Assembly (NCBI GenBank): GCA_964187785.1
Contig: OZ076413.1
Location: 46,440,001 to 46,504,000 of the forward strand
Length of the DNA stretch: 64,000 nucleotides
Origin: Amphiscolops sp. MND2022
Taxonomy: Eukaryota
Reading direction: 5' to 3'
Both the position numbers and the translations under genes were made by a program. The stretch's first letter is position 1; each line of letters begins with the position of its first letter. Below are positions 37,932 through 50,609 of this stretch, piece by piece. The notes below the pieces were generated by a model, which made no database searches, was not told the origin of the DNA, and saw only the letters and a list, made by a program, of their open reading frames with translations.

Positions 37932-38141
37932 ATGAGACCCAAAAACTCGAGGCCAACAAAACTTTATAGTAGATGTATTATTTGTTTAGAGGACTTTAGA
38001 TCAGTAGAATTACAGAGCTTTCATAGAAAACATTCCTTACATTTAGCATGTAGAGACTGTTTAGATTCCCTTTTTGTATATTCAGATGTATTTAAATGTC
38101 CATTATGTAGAATACCTGTAGATAACATTGTATATTCTTAG
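37932..38141 (+). CDS. Small RING-finger-like protein (69 aa), copy 1
   Basis: CIIC...H..H..HLACRDC...CPLCR; intact paralog at 57823. Confidence 0.65.
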   Translation: MRPKNSRPTKLYSRCIICLEDFRSVELQSFHRKHSLHLACRDCLDSLFVYSDVFKCPLCRIPVDNIVYS

Positions 38142-38183
38142 TTTTGTAAATTTTGTAGTTTATTTTATTAGTTAATTTACGGA

Positions 38184-38517
38184 CAGGGGTGTTAAAAGTC
38201 TCCCTTTTTTGTTATTTAAGACAACATTAGGTCATTACTGCCATTTAGTCCATTCACCCATCTGGGTTCAATCTTTCAGTGCATTTCTTTTTGGTTCATT
38301 GGATTTTGCATGTGGTGTTAAAAGTCTCCCTTTTTTGTTATTTAAATCAATATTAAGTCATTACTGCCATTTAGTCCATTCACCCATCTGGTTTCAATCT
38401 TTCAGTGCATTTCTTTTTGGTTCATTTTGTCATTTGATTCATTTTTGGTTCGTCATTTTGGTTTGTCATTTTGGTTCATTTTGTCATTTGACTAAACGAT
38501 AATTTTTAACACCCCTG
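38184..38517. mobile_element. TIR element (CAGGGGTGTTAAAA...TTTTAACACCCCTG); same-site relative at 58084-58900
   Basis: 14-bp TIRs; no matching TSD. Confidence 0.55.
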
Positions 38518-38520
38518 TTT

Positions 38521-38599
38521 GAGACCTTACAGAGGCCACGTTCTCGTCGTGGGTCTTGTTAAAGGGTGACACTATGTGATCCCCGAACTGAGAGCCTCT
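38521..38599 (+). ncRNA. HDV-like self-cleaving ribozyme candidate (copy 1)
   Basis: P1 GAGACCU/GGGUCUU with G1-U wobble, P2 AGAGGC/GCCUCU, P3 ACG/CGU, L3 UUCUCGU, P4 hairpin, J4/2 CUGA. Confidence 0.6.
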
Positions 38600-40917
38600 T
38601 TAAAATTACAAAATTTTGGGCTAGTGTTATTGTATGTTGTGATTTCTGATCAGAACATTAACAAAGGCCCAACATTTCGAAAATGTGTCATTGTGAAAAT
38701 CAGTAGCAGTGCTGAAATCTAAATACCATATTACATCAATTGAGAATGCATTATGGGTTCGCGGCGTTGTACCATCTGCAACTTGGAAGCAAAAAATTGA
38801 AAAATCATTTTTTTTTCAAAGTTGTGGAAAATTACTTTTTAATCATTTTCCTGAAAGAGTTTGAGTTCTTTTTATGCTCTACAGATTTTTTTTGGTTGAC
38901 TTGGTCTCAGAAATTTTTTTGAGGGTCGGAAAATTAACTTTCAATATATGTACGTCAGACAATTCTGTAAAGTTTTAAATGATTCATTTTTTAAATCATA
39001 AATGATTTCATGTTTAACGCGTTTCCTCTCCTCTTGAACTGGGAAGAACAGACAAAATGCCCCTGTAATCTCTTGGTTCCCCACGGTTGAATCTTTTAGG
39101 TAATATGTCTAACAAAACAATACACATCAAATCTCAACCCAATCACATTGCGTTTCCTTCGCTCAGTCCTTTTCCAATTTTTGTCAATTTTCACTGTCTC
39201 ATAGGAGTTCCCACCTTTCATGTCCCACCTTTTGCCCGTTCCACCAAAGTTTATTTAAAAAGGGGTCAATGTCCCACTAAGTCTGCTTTCCTCAAATCAC
39301 ACAATCCTCTAAGAATTTTCACTCAGATTCATTTGGTCGTGTACGAAATAGACCCCACTTTTTACTAGGCCTTGGTGGGACGGGCACAAGGTGGGACATA
39401 ATAAGTGGGACGCCATTTCACACATAGTGTTTTCGTTCAAAAACATTTCTCAGGAACCCTGATCACATTGTAATTCTTTTAGAACATTTTTCTAAGGAAA
39501 CGATACAAAGATAGCCGGCATTTGAAACCATACTGCATTTATTGCGACAAAATTCAATTGGCTGACGACGCAATTCATTATAGCGGAATGTTTTTGGCTG
39601 GTGAAAACTTGTATTTCGAGATTCGAAAAGATTCGAAAAGAAAATATTATTCCATCGTTCTAAAAATAAATCGTTTCATTTAACATTTACATAATAGCCT
39701 CTTACAATGGAACAAAAGGAGGACAGTTTCTCAGCCAGCAGTTGTTACGCCAAGACCCACCAGGGCCAAGTAAAAAATATCCTGAAATTAACCTTTATAT
39801 TAATATCTTATATATTATATTTATTTTTCATTATATTGTTACACACGTGGTACCCTTAGTCTCTCACTGCGCGTGAGCGTCGTATTTTAAATACTCAATG
39901 GGTTCGACATGCATTGGAAAGTTTTTATCAACCGCATTATTGACAGACGATTCAACGATTTTTTTTCTAAAAACGGGCTGTCACTTTCTAGTTTGGCCTC
40001 GGTGGTGTCCTTAAAATGTTCCTAATTTTTTGACTTTCTGAGGCTGGTGTTCTTATTAAGGTAATCTTACAAAAACTGGGTGTAGTCTATTCATTGTAGT
40101 CTATGCTATAATCAATCAATAACAGTTTTTTAAAATAGCTTTATTAAAACAAAATATATGTAGAATTGAATAAATAGTTTTGAAAAAAAAACACAAATAG
40201 TTAATAAATAACTTCTACTCGTATTTTAGAACGCAATTCTACAACATTTCCATGACACATGCTTCTTTATTTCTACTACATACATAGACTTTTTACCAAA
40301 TTGACCCACTATAAGAATTATTCATAACAAAAACAACAACATGTTAGAATGACGCACTTTGGACAAAACGAGGTCAATCACCAAAGAAATATACCTTTCT
40401 TAGTGGGACATACAACGATAACAGCGACTTCTCCGTCTCATTCCGAGGATGCGGTTCATACCTGATCAAAAACCTGTTCAAATCATGGTACTTGGTGGAG
40501 CATAAGGTGGGGATATGCAGTAGTTATTCTAGAAGAAGCAACATAGCACGCGAAAGAAAGCAAATGAACAAATCTCATTGGCCGATCAAGGTCTCACGCG
40601 CTCATTTCATTGGTTGAGAGCAACGTGCAAAACATCAGGTTTTAGTTTTTTGAATTTTTGACCCACTTACAATTTTTTGATTTCAAATCGTTTCCGACTT
40701 TGCTGTTCCTAATTACTTGATTATCTATAGCCGGTTAGGTTACCAAAGTAATTCACTTTGAACTATATCACAACTGAACACCGAATAATTACTCGCGAAT
40801 AATTTTGAGACAATTGTGGCTAGGACGTTTTTGGAAGGGGTACTGTGGAACTCCAGTTCTTTCTCAGTCTCTTTGAACTCAGTCTGTTTAGTCTAGTCTG
40901 TAACACCTAATCTACTG

Positions 40918-41295
40918 ATGCCTTGCCACAAACTATTTTTGAACTTACAGTGGGTAGTTCCACAAGAGCTCAAAAACCTCGATATTGAGGTAGTTACAAT
41001 CACAAAAATATATTGGACCTTCAGAGGAAAAGTCATCAGAGTTTGTTTCTTTGGAATTCAATTCAACCGCTCTCATCCGCTACCCGTGAAAAAGACCCCA
41101 ACCAAATTCAACATACACCTTCACCCTCAGTCAAAAAGTTTCAAGGACTTGTACGAAGTGCTGTGCTACCATGCTCTGGACAACAAGGATCCACTACTGG
41201 AAGAACTGCTGTGCTTTATGTCCAGCAAGGAGATTTCTTTCGAAAAACTATTTGACTTGTCTTTGGACAAATCATTCTTTAACATAAAACTCTAA
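40918..41295 (+). CDS. Hypothetical 125-aa protein
   Basis: ATG ORF, GC-richer than its flanks, with two ATTGG (CCAAT) boxes ~300 bp upstream. No recognisable domain. Confidence 0.3.
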   Translation: MPCHKLFLNLQWVVPQELKNLDIEVVTITKIYWTFRGKVIRVCFFGIQFNRSHPLPVKKTPTKFNIHLHPQSKSFKDLYEVLCYHALDNKDPLLEELLCFMSSKEISFEKLFDLSLDKSFFNIKL

Positions 41296-41599
41296 TTGCA
41301 CGCACTTATTGTGTTTTTTGTTTCCATTTGTATCAGCCTATTCATTTATAAAAAAATAGTTGTTTGTGTAATTGTTTCAAATATTTGTTCAGTTGATTTT
41401 CTGTTTTAGTAGAAACTTTTTGAAAAAATTGTTATTGATTATTTGAATATTGACATTTAAACATGATTACAAGGTAATGGACCATGTCATCAATCTCCCC
41501 CCCAAACTGTAGAAAAATAAGACACAAGGTTCAAATACCATTATGTCGACATCGTTTGCGTTGAAATTTTTAGAATTAGTGAATATTCTGCTTCGTGAC

Positions 41600-42025
41600 C
41601 AGGGATACGCAATAAATAATTAACTGCAAAATAACTGCAATTTTTCTTCAAAATAATTTATTCCTTGACGTAAATATTATTTAAAATTAATTTTCAGGAG
41701 TTAGCTATAAAAATAACTGCGGAAAAACTGGGTCAAACTTCTAAATTATTTAATATTAATATTTCTGTGGAGTAATGCGTAAACAGGCGTTGAAAACTGC
41801 ATATACAAACCTCATTATTCTGCATTAAAAAATAGTCAAACTGTTCAAAGTTTGTTGATTCCTGATGATAATTAACATTCTGAATATTGCGTTTTGACAA
41901 AAAAATTTTGCAATTAAGAATTTTTCAAAACCAAAAATTGTAATAATTTATTCAGCAGGCCAAAAAATATTAAGTTTTTGCTGCGTAAAAGCAATAGTAT
42001 TGCAATATTTTATTGCATATCCCTG
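41600..42025. mobile_element. hAT-like MITE
   Basis: TIRs CAGGGATACGCAATA / TATTGCATATCCCTG with a perfect 8-bp TSD TTCGTGAC. Confidence 0.88.
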
Positions 42026-44467
42026 TTCGTGACACCCTACCATATGGTCCAAGGTAATTTAAGTTTTGAAACCAAAATATGTTCTTTTCTGTTACTTCCC
42101 CCATAGTAAGCGCAAAAATTTTAATTCAATTTTTAAAGAGATGCGGTTACTAGATATATACCTACCTCATGAACCTCCATTACCTATAAAACTGGACCCT
42201 ATCCGAACGCAGCAGCAAAACAACATTTTGTGGTAGTTATAATCAGATCCAGAAAAGAAATTATAAAGAAACGCAATGTGGTTGAGCATGAAAAGGTGTT
42301 ATATTGACCACGAAAAGCACGCCTATTTTGATTCTCAAGCTAGCTTGTTGCATAGCTGGAGAATTGAAGTTCATTGAACGACGGAAAGAAGCGCAATGAG
42401 ATTGAGCATACGTGCAACGGGTCTGCCAAGTTGCCTTTGTTTATTTAATTTACATGTACATGTTGCTCCTAAAACTATAGCTTACATGTACAAGGTAATA
42501 CAGTCCTGTGATAAAAGAATGGAACCACAAATTGGTAATAATATTTGGAACACCTAATTTTTCTGCCCATATCTCTGAAACTATTGATATTCAAGAAAAA
42601 TGTCTCAAATAAAAGTTTCTCAAAATTTAACCTAGTTTATATTTCTTTTTTTGAAACTTCTATGGCAAATATTGGGGGAAACTAGCTCCCAATACCTCTC
42701 TATGTAAAAGTTGGTTTGTCAACCAAGTTTTGAACCTTTTCTGTTTATTCCCTACCAGTTAAGCGGACAAATTAAATTTTGATTGAATTAATAGTAACAA
42801 ACAATCAAATTGCAGTATTTTATAACTCTAACTGCAACTGAAATTCATCGCTGATAGTGGTGGGGAATTAAAGTTTCCGCGCTTACTGTGCGGGGGGGAA
42901 GGGGGGTATGAACAAAAAAGATCCGAAGTTTTTAATTTTTGCCAAACAGTTTTGATTAGTTTTTGTTTATCTACCGGTTATTAGACGAGTGGAAACTAGA
43001 CAAAAATCCAAGAAACTTTTGTTTTTAACATATTTCGGAAAATTCGACAGTATTTGAGAAATTTGCAATCTCATTTGGTGTTCCCCCCACAACACGAAAG
43101 CACTTTTTGTTCTCTAATAAAACAATTTCACTAATAAGACAAAATTATCGATAATCAATAAAAACGGCACGAACGGAGCTAAATAGTCGCTCAGGCAGGT
43201 TGGATGTTGACTTAATCCTTGGGCTAAAATAAATAATTTTTTTTGTATTTATTGAAAATTATGTATCAATAAACTATTTATTTTGCACCCCTGGGTACAG
43301 TTAGTTCTAAAATATCGCAACTCCTTTGCTTAAAATTTCTTAGAATTTTATCTAGTTTACAAAAATGTTTTGGAATTTAAAAAGAGTATTTCATTTCAAA
43401 AAAGAACTAATTCCGTTTCTATCTTATACAAAAATCTCCCAAAAGCTATTCAAGTGAAAGTTTCTCAATTTTTCAATAAGAGTTGAGGCGTTGAGGCAAC
43501 TAGCGTTGGTGGGACATAGACACCTTTTTACTAGGCTTTGGTGGGACATGCATTAGGTGGGACATAAAAGGTTCGCCATATGAATGAGTTAAAGTAAACA
43601 AATAAGAATTAAAAGCCGAATGGTTAGAGCAATAGATTCGGAGTCTGATGAAGAAGCTGAAAGTATCTATCGATGTCTTGAATTCTATTTCTGTAGCTTG
43701 TTAACCCTAACTGGACCAAGAAAATTCCGGATCCACCCAAAACTCTGGTGCTAAAATATTGAGGCCTTTTTGAAATGATCTAGAACAAAATATTTTTGCA
43801 GTTTTGCGGGAGGTATAATACTCGGTCACTTGGATTTGTACGTAAACTCTAATATGCTACGGCAACTTAATTCCAATTCGTTCAATCATATTTTGTATAT
43901 CACTGTAGTTCAAATGTGATAGTATCACAAATATTTCTCAAGTTGAACAAAGCAGACTTAGTGGGACATAGACCGCCTTTTTACAAAGCCTTGGTGGGAT
44001 GGCCACTTCTTTTGAAAAAAAATATAGGGCCATTGCTTAAAGAGGTGAGCCTTTTCGATTCCAGTATGAATTTTTTTTATGTAAGAAAAAGACGCTTCTT
44101 GTAAAAAGTCGGCGCCAAAAAAGGCGCATAGTGCTGAAAAAACCCTAAGGGCGGACACTTTAGTCACCCCTCTACTTCTGGAAGCATAAGAAAACTTTGT
44201 GGTTTAGTGCCAGAGATCGACAAACCTTTGCAAAACCATGGGACCCGAATAATCGAGTACGAAATGACAGCCATGATAATTCGAGCATTGTTTCGATCAA
44301 TTTGTTTTGGATATTTCCGTCATTTTCTCCCAAAGCCATTGTCTATCAAATTGCAACTGTTAAATGAACGTAAAAACCTATAGGGTTGTCTTTACAGCTC
44401 TTTTGACATTAGCAGCAAACAAGGCTACTAAATTTATCGCTATGTACCAAACTTTATCAGTTGAAGA

Positions 44468-44893
44468 CAGGAATTGGAAAATATCAATTGCAATTTAATT
44501 GATATTCAAAAATGGCACAAAAAATTAATTGCACTTTTCGAAAAACTCCAATTCAATTGATCAATTATTTGGCAATTAATTTCAACGAAAAACATTTAAA
44601 ATTTCATTCATACTATCACAATCAAAAATGATGTTCGGAATAAGCTTTTTACGAAATTTGCAACAAATTAGCGCCTGGAATTACGTTAATATTTGACAAG
44701 TATGCACTCAATTCATTTAGCTATGTTTGGCTATACAAATATGCCCGAGAAATAGGCTAAGAGAATTGCAATGAATTGGTTTTCATTGCCTACTTTCCAA
44801 TCAATTCTTTGACGTCTTAAAATTACCCAATAAAAATATTTTCATTGAAAAATTGCAATTTATTGTTCATCAATCAAAATTTTCCAATTCCTG
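44468..44893. mobile_element. hAT-like MITE
   Basis: TIRs CAGGAATTGGAAA / TTTCCAATTCCTG; TSD GTTGAAGA / GTTAAAGA. Confidence 0.8.
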
Positions 44894-45116
44894 GTTAAAG
44901 ATTCTTTTCAAATTCTTTTTACCTGGGGGGGGTGGAATAAATGACATGGTCCTAAAGTTGTTCACTTGATAAAAATGATTACGTACCAAACAACATACAA
45001 GGTTACCGAAAAAATCATTTCAATGAAAATAACTGCAATCAAGCAATAACAATAATTTATTTTTGAGATCATGGAATAAAAATCATTCGCTTCTCGATTA
45101 GAAGCCACATTAAGCA

Positions 45117-45590
45117 CATGGGCTCCGAAAAAGTAATTTCTCATCGAAATTATTTTAATTAATTTTTTATTTTTTTGATTTTTCCATAAAAATTATTTAT
45201 TTTTTGATATTAGAAATAAAATTTTTTTTCAGATCCATTATTGAAAAATTGTTTTTGTGACCACCGCCATTTGAGTGCCGCCATTGTGTCTGTGACCGCG
45301 AAGAGGACGAATTAACGCGCGAAAGACTTTTCAGCCGATCAAAACTGACGCAGGGGTATCTGAGACAAAACATGACCCCCATGCATCTTGAAGGATCTGT
45401 TTTTCTATTTGTAAATAGATCATTCTGGGATGTGCAAACTGTCGAAAAAATATTTTTTGCTTTTTGCCATAATGGCCATTATTTATTTTTATTGCTGAGA
45501 AATCAAAATATTTCATTTTTCTGTACGAGAAATAAAAATTTTTTATTTTTGGAGTGCCATAATATGGCCATTATTTTTTCGGAGCCCCTG
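45117..45590. mobile_element. hAT-like MITE
   Basis: TIRs CATGGGCTCCGAAAAA / TTTTTCGGAGCCCCTG with a perfect TSD ATTAAGCA. Confidence 0.82.
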
Positions 45591-46416
45591 ATTAAGCATG
45601 AAAAATTTATCATAAAAGCCATATCTTACTGTATTTCTTCGAATATAAGCAGCGAATTCACTGCAGAAAAAGGTAAAAGAAATACGGTAATAACAATTTG
45701 GTTCGTTGTGATGGAAATTGAACTGATAAAGAAACGCCATGTGACTGAGCATGAAAATTTCATTCATTCATTCTCAACCTACAGCTAGTTTGTTGCAAAG
45801 CTGGAGAATTGAACGACTGAAAAGAAACGCAAGATGATTGAGCATGCTTTTGTGATTAGCGTACGTGTAACTGGTCTGCCTGGTTTTATTTATTTAATTT
45901 ATTTACTTCTAATTTTGAACTGACGAGTTGCATCAAAGTCTAGCTGCTTCTAAAACTGTTGTTTACTGAACACGCCTGCTTGGTGGAATAAGACACATGG
46001 TCCTAAAATTTAACCGCATGTCCCTCTAAATATTTTGTTCTCCAGGGTTGGAAAAGTATCTGAAAGTAATTTGAACATCCAAAAGATCAGATACTTTTGT
46101 TTATCCGCCTGATGTTTTGATACGTCTTTCTCCTAATAAAGTATTTCATTTCAAAAATGAACCGTTTTTGTTTCAATGTTATACCAAAAGGGGACATTGG
46201 CTCAGTTATCTACAGATAGACGACAGGAGATACCTACCTCATGAATTTAGATTTTATGAAACGATTCCGCCAGTGTTTAACTTTGGTGATCTGACAAGCG
46301 GAAGCTGTTGCACTTAGCCATATTCCCCTACATAAGGTAAACTAAATTCAATATTAATAGCTTAGCTCATACCATACTGTTATATTGATGATGTACAGTA
46401 GTGTTCTATGATGTAG

Positions 46417-46785
46417 TACAGTAGCGTTCTAAAATATCGCAGCTCCAATGCTAAAAACTGCAAATTTCAAATCGAAATTTCTTGAAAACTGTCACAAATA
46501 CGAAAAAGTGTCAGCTAGGAAAGTTTCTTAGAATTTTATCTAGTTTACGAAAATGTTTGTTTGAAATTTTTGCGACAAAAATTACAAAAGTTAGAAAATG
46601 GAAATTTTGACAAATTTTAATCAAATTTGTACTTTTTCTGTACAAAGTTTGTACACAAAATTAAAAAAATATTTTTGCAAAATTTTCAGTCAATCATTTG
46701 CAGATTCAGATCAGTTTTTCTTGCAGACCTTTCAAACAAACATTTTTGTAAACTAGATAAAATTCTAACAAACTTTCCTTGCTGG
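46417..46785. mobile_element. Representative of a dispersed long-TIR MITE-like family (TACAGTAGCGTTCTAAAATATCGCAACTCC...)
   Basis: Related copies near 26435, 43296, 48960, 51635, 52280 and 62434, with internal inverted arms. The TA-CAGT start resembles Tc1/mariner ends. Confidence 0.55.
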
Positions 46786-46799
46786 CAAAATTTCGGTGC

Positions 46800-47235
46800 C
46801 GTTGTAAGTTCGCCATATTTAAGTTCGCCACGTATAAGTTAGCCCCTAAAATTTAGCCACATTTAAGTTAGCCACCATATAAGATCGCCACGTTTGTTTT
46901 CGCCACATTTCAGCTAATGAAAGAATTCCATATCAGCGATTATTTTCATTTGGTTATGATTAGTGGCGATTAGCATACTTGTTGTATAGCTCGGTCGCTT
47001 CGCTCCCTTCGCCAAGTAGCAACATTGAGGCATGGCCATATGGCACGTCGCTCCGCTTCGCTTCGCTTCGCTCCTGCATTTAGGGCACTAGGGGTATGTG
47101 AACATATCTGACTACGTTATCCTAATTTTGAATGATCGAATTTGATTGGCCGAAAATGTGGCGAACTTGCATGTGGCCAACATATATGGTGGCTAAATTA
47201 AATATGGCTAAGATTTACGGGCTAACTTATATGTC
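46800..47235. mobile_element. MITE-like element with AAGTT(C/A)GCCA subterminal repeats in inverted orientation
   Basis: Left arm repeats AAGTTCGCCA/AAGTTAGCC; right arm has TGGCGAACTT/GGCTAACTT. Confidence 0.6.
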
Positions 47236-48254
47236 AACACAAACCACAAATAACTAAACAGAAAAGTAAAATCTTCACATGAACAAAAATTTTCCGAATA
47301 GTAATTTTTGGACTTTGTTTACCCTGGAAGTCAGTTTTGTTTTTATGTTTATATTTATTTGAATCAAATTTCATTTTCCAAATGCTAATTGGGACTAATT
47401 TCAATCTGATTTGATTCGAGATTAATAGTTCGAAAAATTCTTTTCGTAACAATTCTCAATTTTTGTCGCAGAGACTTTTTAAAACACTAATAAAAACTAG
47501 ATGAAAGTCTAAGAAACTTTCACTTATGATGTAATTCAAAATTTCGAAAAATCAGAACCTAAAGTCGCTTGTGGGACGATTCCTTAATCACAATGCTGTA
47601 CATGTATTGGCAAATCATCAGCTTATCGGACAGAATACGAATCTATTTTCTATCACATTCCGCTTCTTTTTGAAACTATCTTTCCTCAACTACACTGCGT
47701 TTCTTTTCTATTGAACTTATACTTTCTTTTATTGTTCTTGATTTAGGGGGGGGGGGGCTTATATGACGAACATACCGTAAATCGACATTTTCCCTTTCAC
47801 AATTGGCGAGGGGGGCTTATTTGCCGGGATATACGGTATGATCTAAAAGAAACGCAAGGTGATTGATATTGAATGCAAACTTTTGGGATAACAAAAATGT
47901 TGCGTCTTTGTGCCAATAATTTTATTTTGTGAAAATTAGATTAACTTCGTCATCAAAAAATTTTCTTTGAGGTGAAAATGTGATAGAGAATTGATTTGTA
48001 TTGTTTCACTAGAAGTTCAGTGAAACAATACAAATCAAATCTATCACATTGCGTTTCTTTTAGATCATACGTCTAGTGAAACTATACAATACACTTCTAA
48101 TCTCAATCATATTGCGTTTCTCTCTCTACGTTAACTCAAACAAGATCCCACCTTTTATGTCCCACCAAATGCCCGTCCCACCAAGGCATAATAAAAAAGG
48201 GTCTATGTCCCACTAAATCTGGTTTCCTCAACACAATCCACTAAATATATACAA

Positions 48255-48360
48255 CAGTGTTGGCATGTTTTAAAACAGACTGTTTTAAAACAGTTTTGAA
48301 ACACTGTTTTAAAACGTTTAAAGCGTAAAAAAAACTTTTAAACGTTTTTATCCAACCCTG
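48255..48360. mobile_element. Tiny hAT-like MITE (106 bp)
   Basis: CAGTGTTGG / CCAACCCTG ends; TSD ATATACAA / ATTTACAA. Confidence 0.55.
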
Positions 48361-50531
48361 ATTTACAATCATGTAATAGTCCCTTTTATGTCAAATAACT
48401 TGACCAATAAGGGACCTTTATATGAATGAGTTTTCTTGTTTGGGGAAAAATTTTCTTCAAAGAAATCAAGTTCCATACATATTGGCTGTAACAGCACTAA
48501 AAGTTGGTAGTTTGAATTCTGCTGTATGAGACTCAGGTATGAAAGTGTATGAGTAGGTTGTACTTCCAAAAAACCTGGTTGGAGTAATCATACTACGCGA
48601 GGAAGTGGAAAGGAACATTGCTCTCAACACCGCTGCATTATTTCCACCGTGGAGGCGATTGAAACATCAACAATCACAGTGGTATCTATTCCATGAACCA
48701 TGTCGGTTGCTCCTACCGTGGTTCGAACCACCATTTCACTATGCAGCTAGTGTGAGAGCAATCTTTCGCGCAACCGACTACTCCAACAAGACCTTGAATT
48801 GTCTGCTCGTGTTGCAGCTCATATAGCAATTTTATTGCGAAATAATAAAGATATGAGAACGCTGCAGCCAACAGCATTTTGTGGTAGTTCTAATCAGGGG
48901 TGCGCAATTTTGCGTTTATATTCTTCATATTGCATTGTTTCTTTTAGATCATATTTCCACAGTAGCGTTCTAACGTTCTAAAATATCGCAACTTTAATGC
49001 TTATAATGTCAAAATTCAAACCCAAATGTCTGGTAAACTGTCACGAAAATTAAGTAACGTAGAATCAAAATTTTTAGACTTTTTTCATCCGGACACTCGC
49101 TATATTTTCCCCAACCTACTGATGTTTTCATCGAGAATTTGTTTCGAAATACAATTTATTTTGTGTCTATGAGCACTGAAGTACATGTATTACTGAAGTA
49201 TTACTGAATGTATTACTGAAATCATGTATGTATGAAGTACAGTATATTAAGATAGGGTATAAGAATTGTTTTTAGAAAGCTGACAATTATAATTTGAAAT
49301 CGAAAAAGCTTTTCAATCCAACTATATCAGCATCCTGACGATACTTGTCGGCAATTCATCCACAAAAACTTTGCAATTTTTTTGTCGCAGAAAATTCAGA
49401 TTATTTTGTAAACTAGATAAAAGTCAAAGAAACTTTCCTTGCTGACATTTTTTGTATTTGTGGCAATTTTCAAGAAATTAGCCTTTCATTTTTAACAATT
49501 GTGACTTACATTTATATAGATCATAATTCTAGTGAAACAATAAACATCGGACCATGTCATCTCTCCCCCCCCATGTACACCTTGGTACGAATTTCCCACC
49601 CAACACGAAAGCACATTTTCTTCTGGAATAAAAATATTTTACTGATAAGAGAATATTATACTTTTACTTAAAGGATTGTCTCTACAACTGTTTGGACACT
49701 TCAGGTAAAAAATCCATAATTTTTTGATATTATTGTCCAAAACAGCATAAATTCTCGCTTGGAACAAGATACATTAATTGAAATTTAGTTCTCTTTGTTT
49801 ATTTGCTCTTTGCAAATCCACCTTTATTTGGACAATTAGAAAATAATTCAGCAGATAATTTGAAATAAAAATACAAACAGTGCTGTGGAACTTTGAAAGA
49901 TTTTAATCAAAAAACTAACTAACCAACAAAAAACGATTTAGGTCACCTGTAGGTTAGGCTTTGTATGACATATTAAGAAAGAGAGCTGAAGAAACAAGAT
50001 AAAAGTGATTCCAGGTATCCTCGAAACTCTTCAAAATAATTTGTACTGATACTTGGACTTAGAACGGCTTGAAAATCAGAGGAATTATGCGGGAGAACAA
50101 AAATTATAACAAATGCCGGAAATAAGTTCATCAAAACTGAATTTTAACTCAATTCAGTATTATAGCCGCAACGTGCTAATTAAAGAAGTCACCGTGGCAA
50201 CTAAGGTCATTGACAGTTCGGGGAAGGTGCGAATTTGTTTAAGCAAAAGTTGTGACGTTATGCTCGGCTGCTATCACACGGCCATCGCACGTTAAACATT
50301 ACTGTAGGAAAGGCAATGGGATGACTCATCATTGATGAGCATGCTATTGAGCCTGCTGCTAGCAAGCAACTTCACAACTCTGAAAAACAAGCGCCGTGTG
50401 ATGAGCATGTGAAGTTCAGTTGCAGTTGGAGATAAGTTTCACGTGAATGAGAACATCTTTTGTCGGGCACAAATAACAGGTGAGATTACAAATTCCAACG
50501 GTTATTTTTGCCCAGTATAATTCAGTTTTAA

Positions 50532-50609
50532 GGAGGCTCTCAGTTAGGGGATCACATAGTGTCGCCCATAACAAGACCCACGGCGAGAAAGTGGCCTCTG
50601 AAGGGTCTC
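50532..50609 (-). ncRNA. HDV-like ribozyme candidate (copy 2, P3 mismatch)
   Basis: Reverse-complement homolog of 38521-38599. Confidence 0.45.

Noticed and set aside
48605..48981. GC-richer short ORFs
   Set aside because: No ATG start, motif or paralog support.
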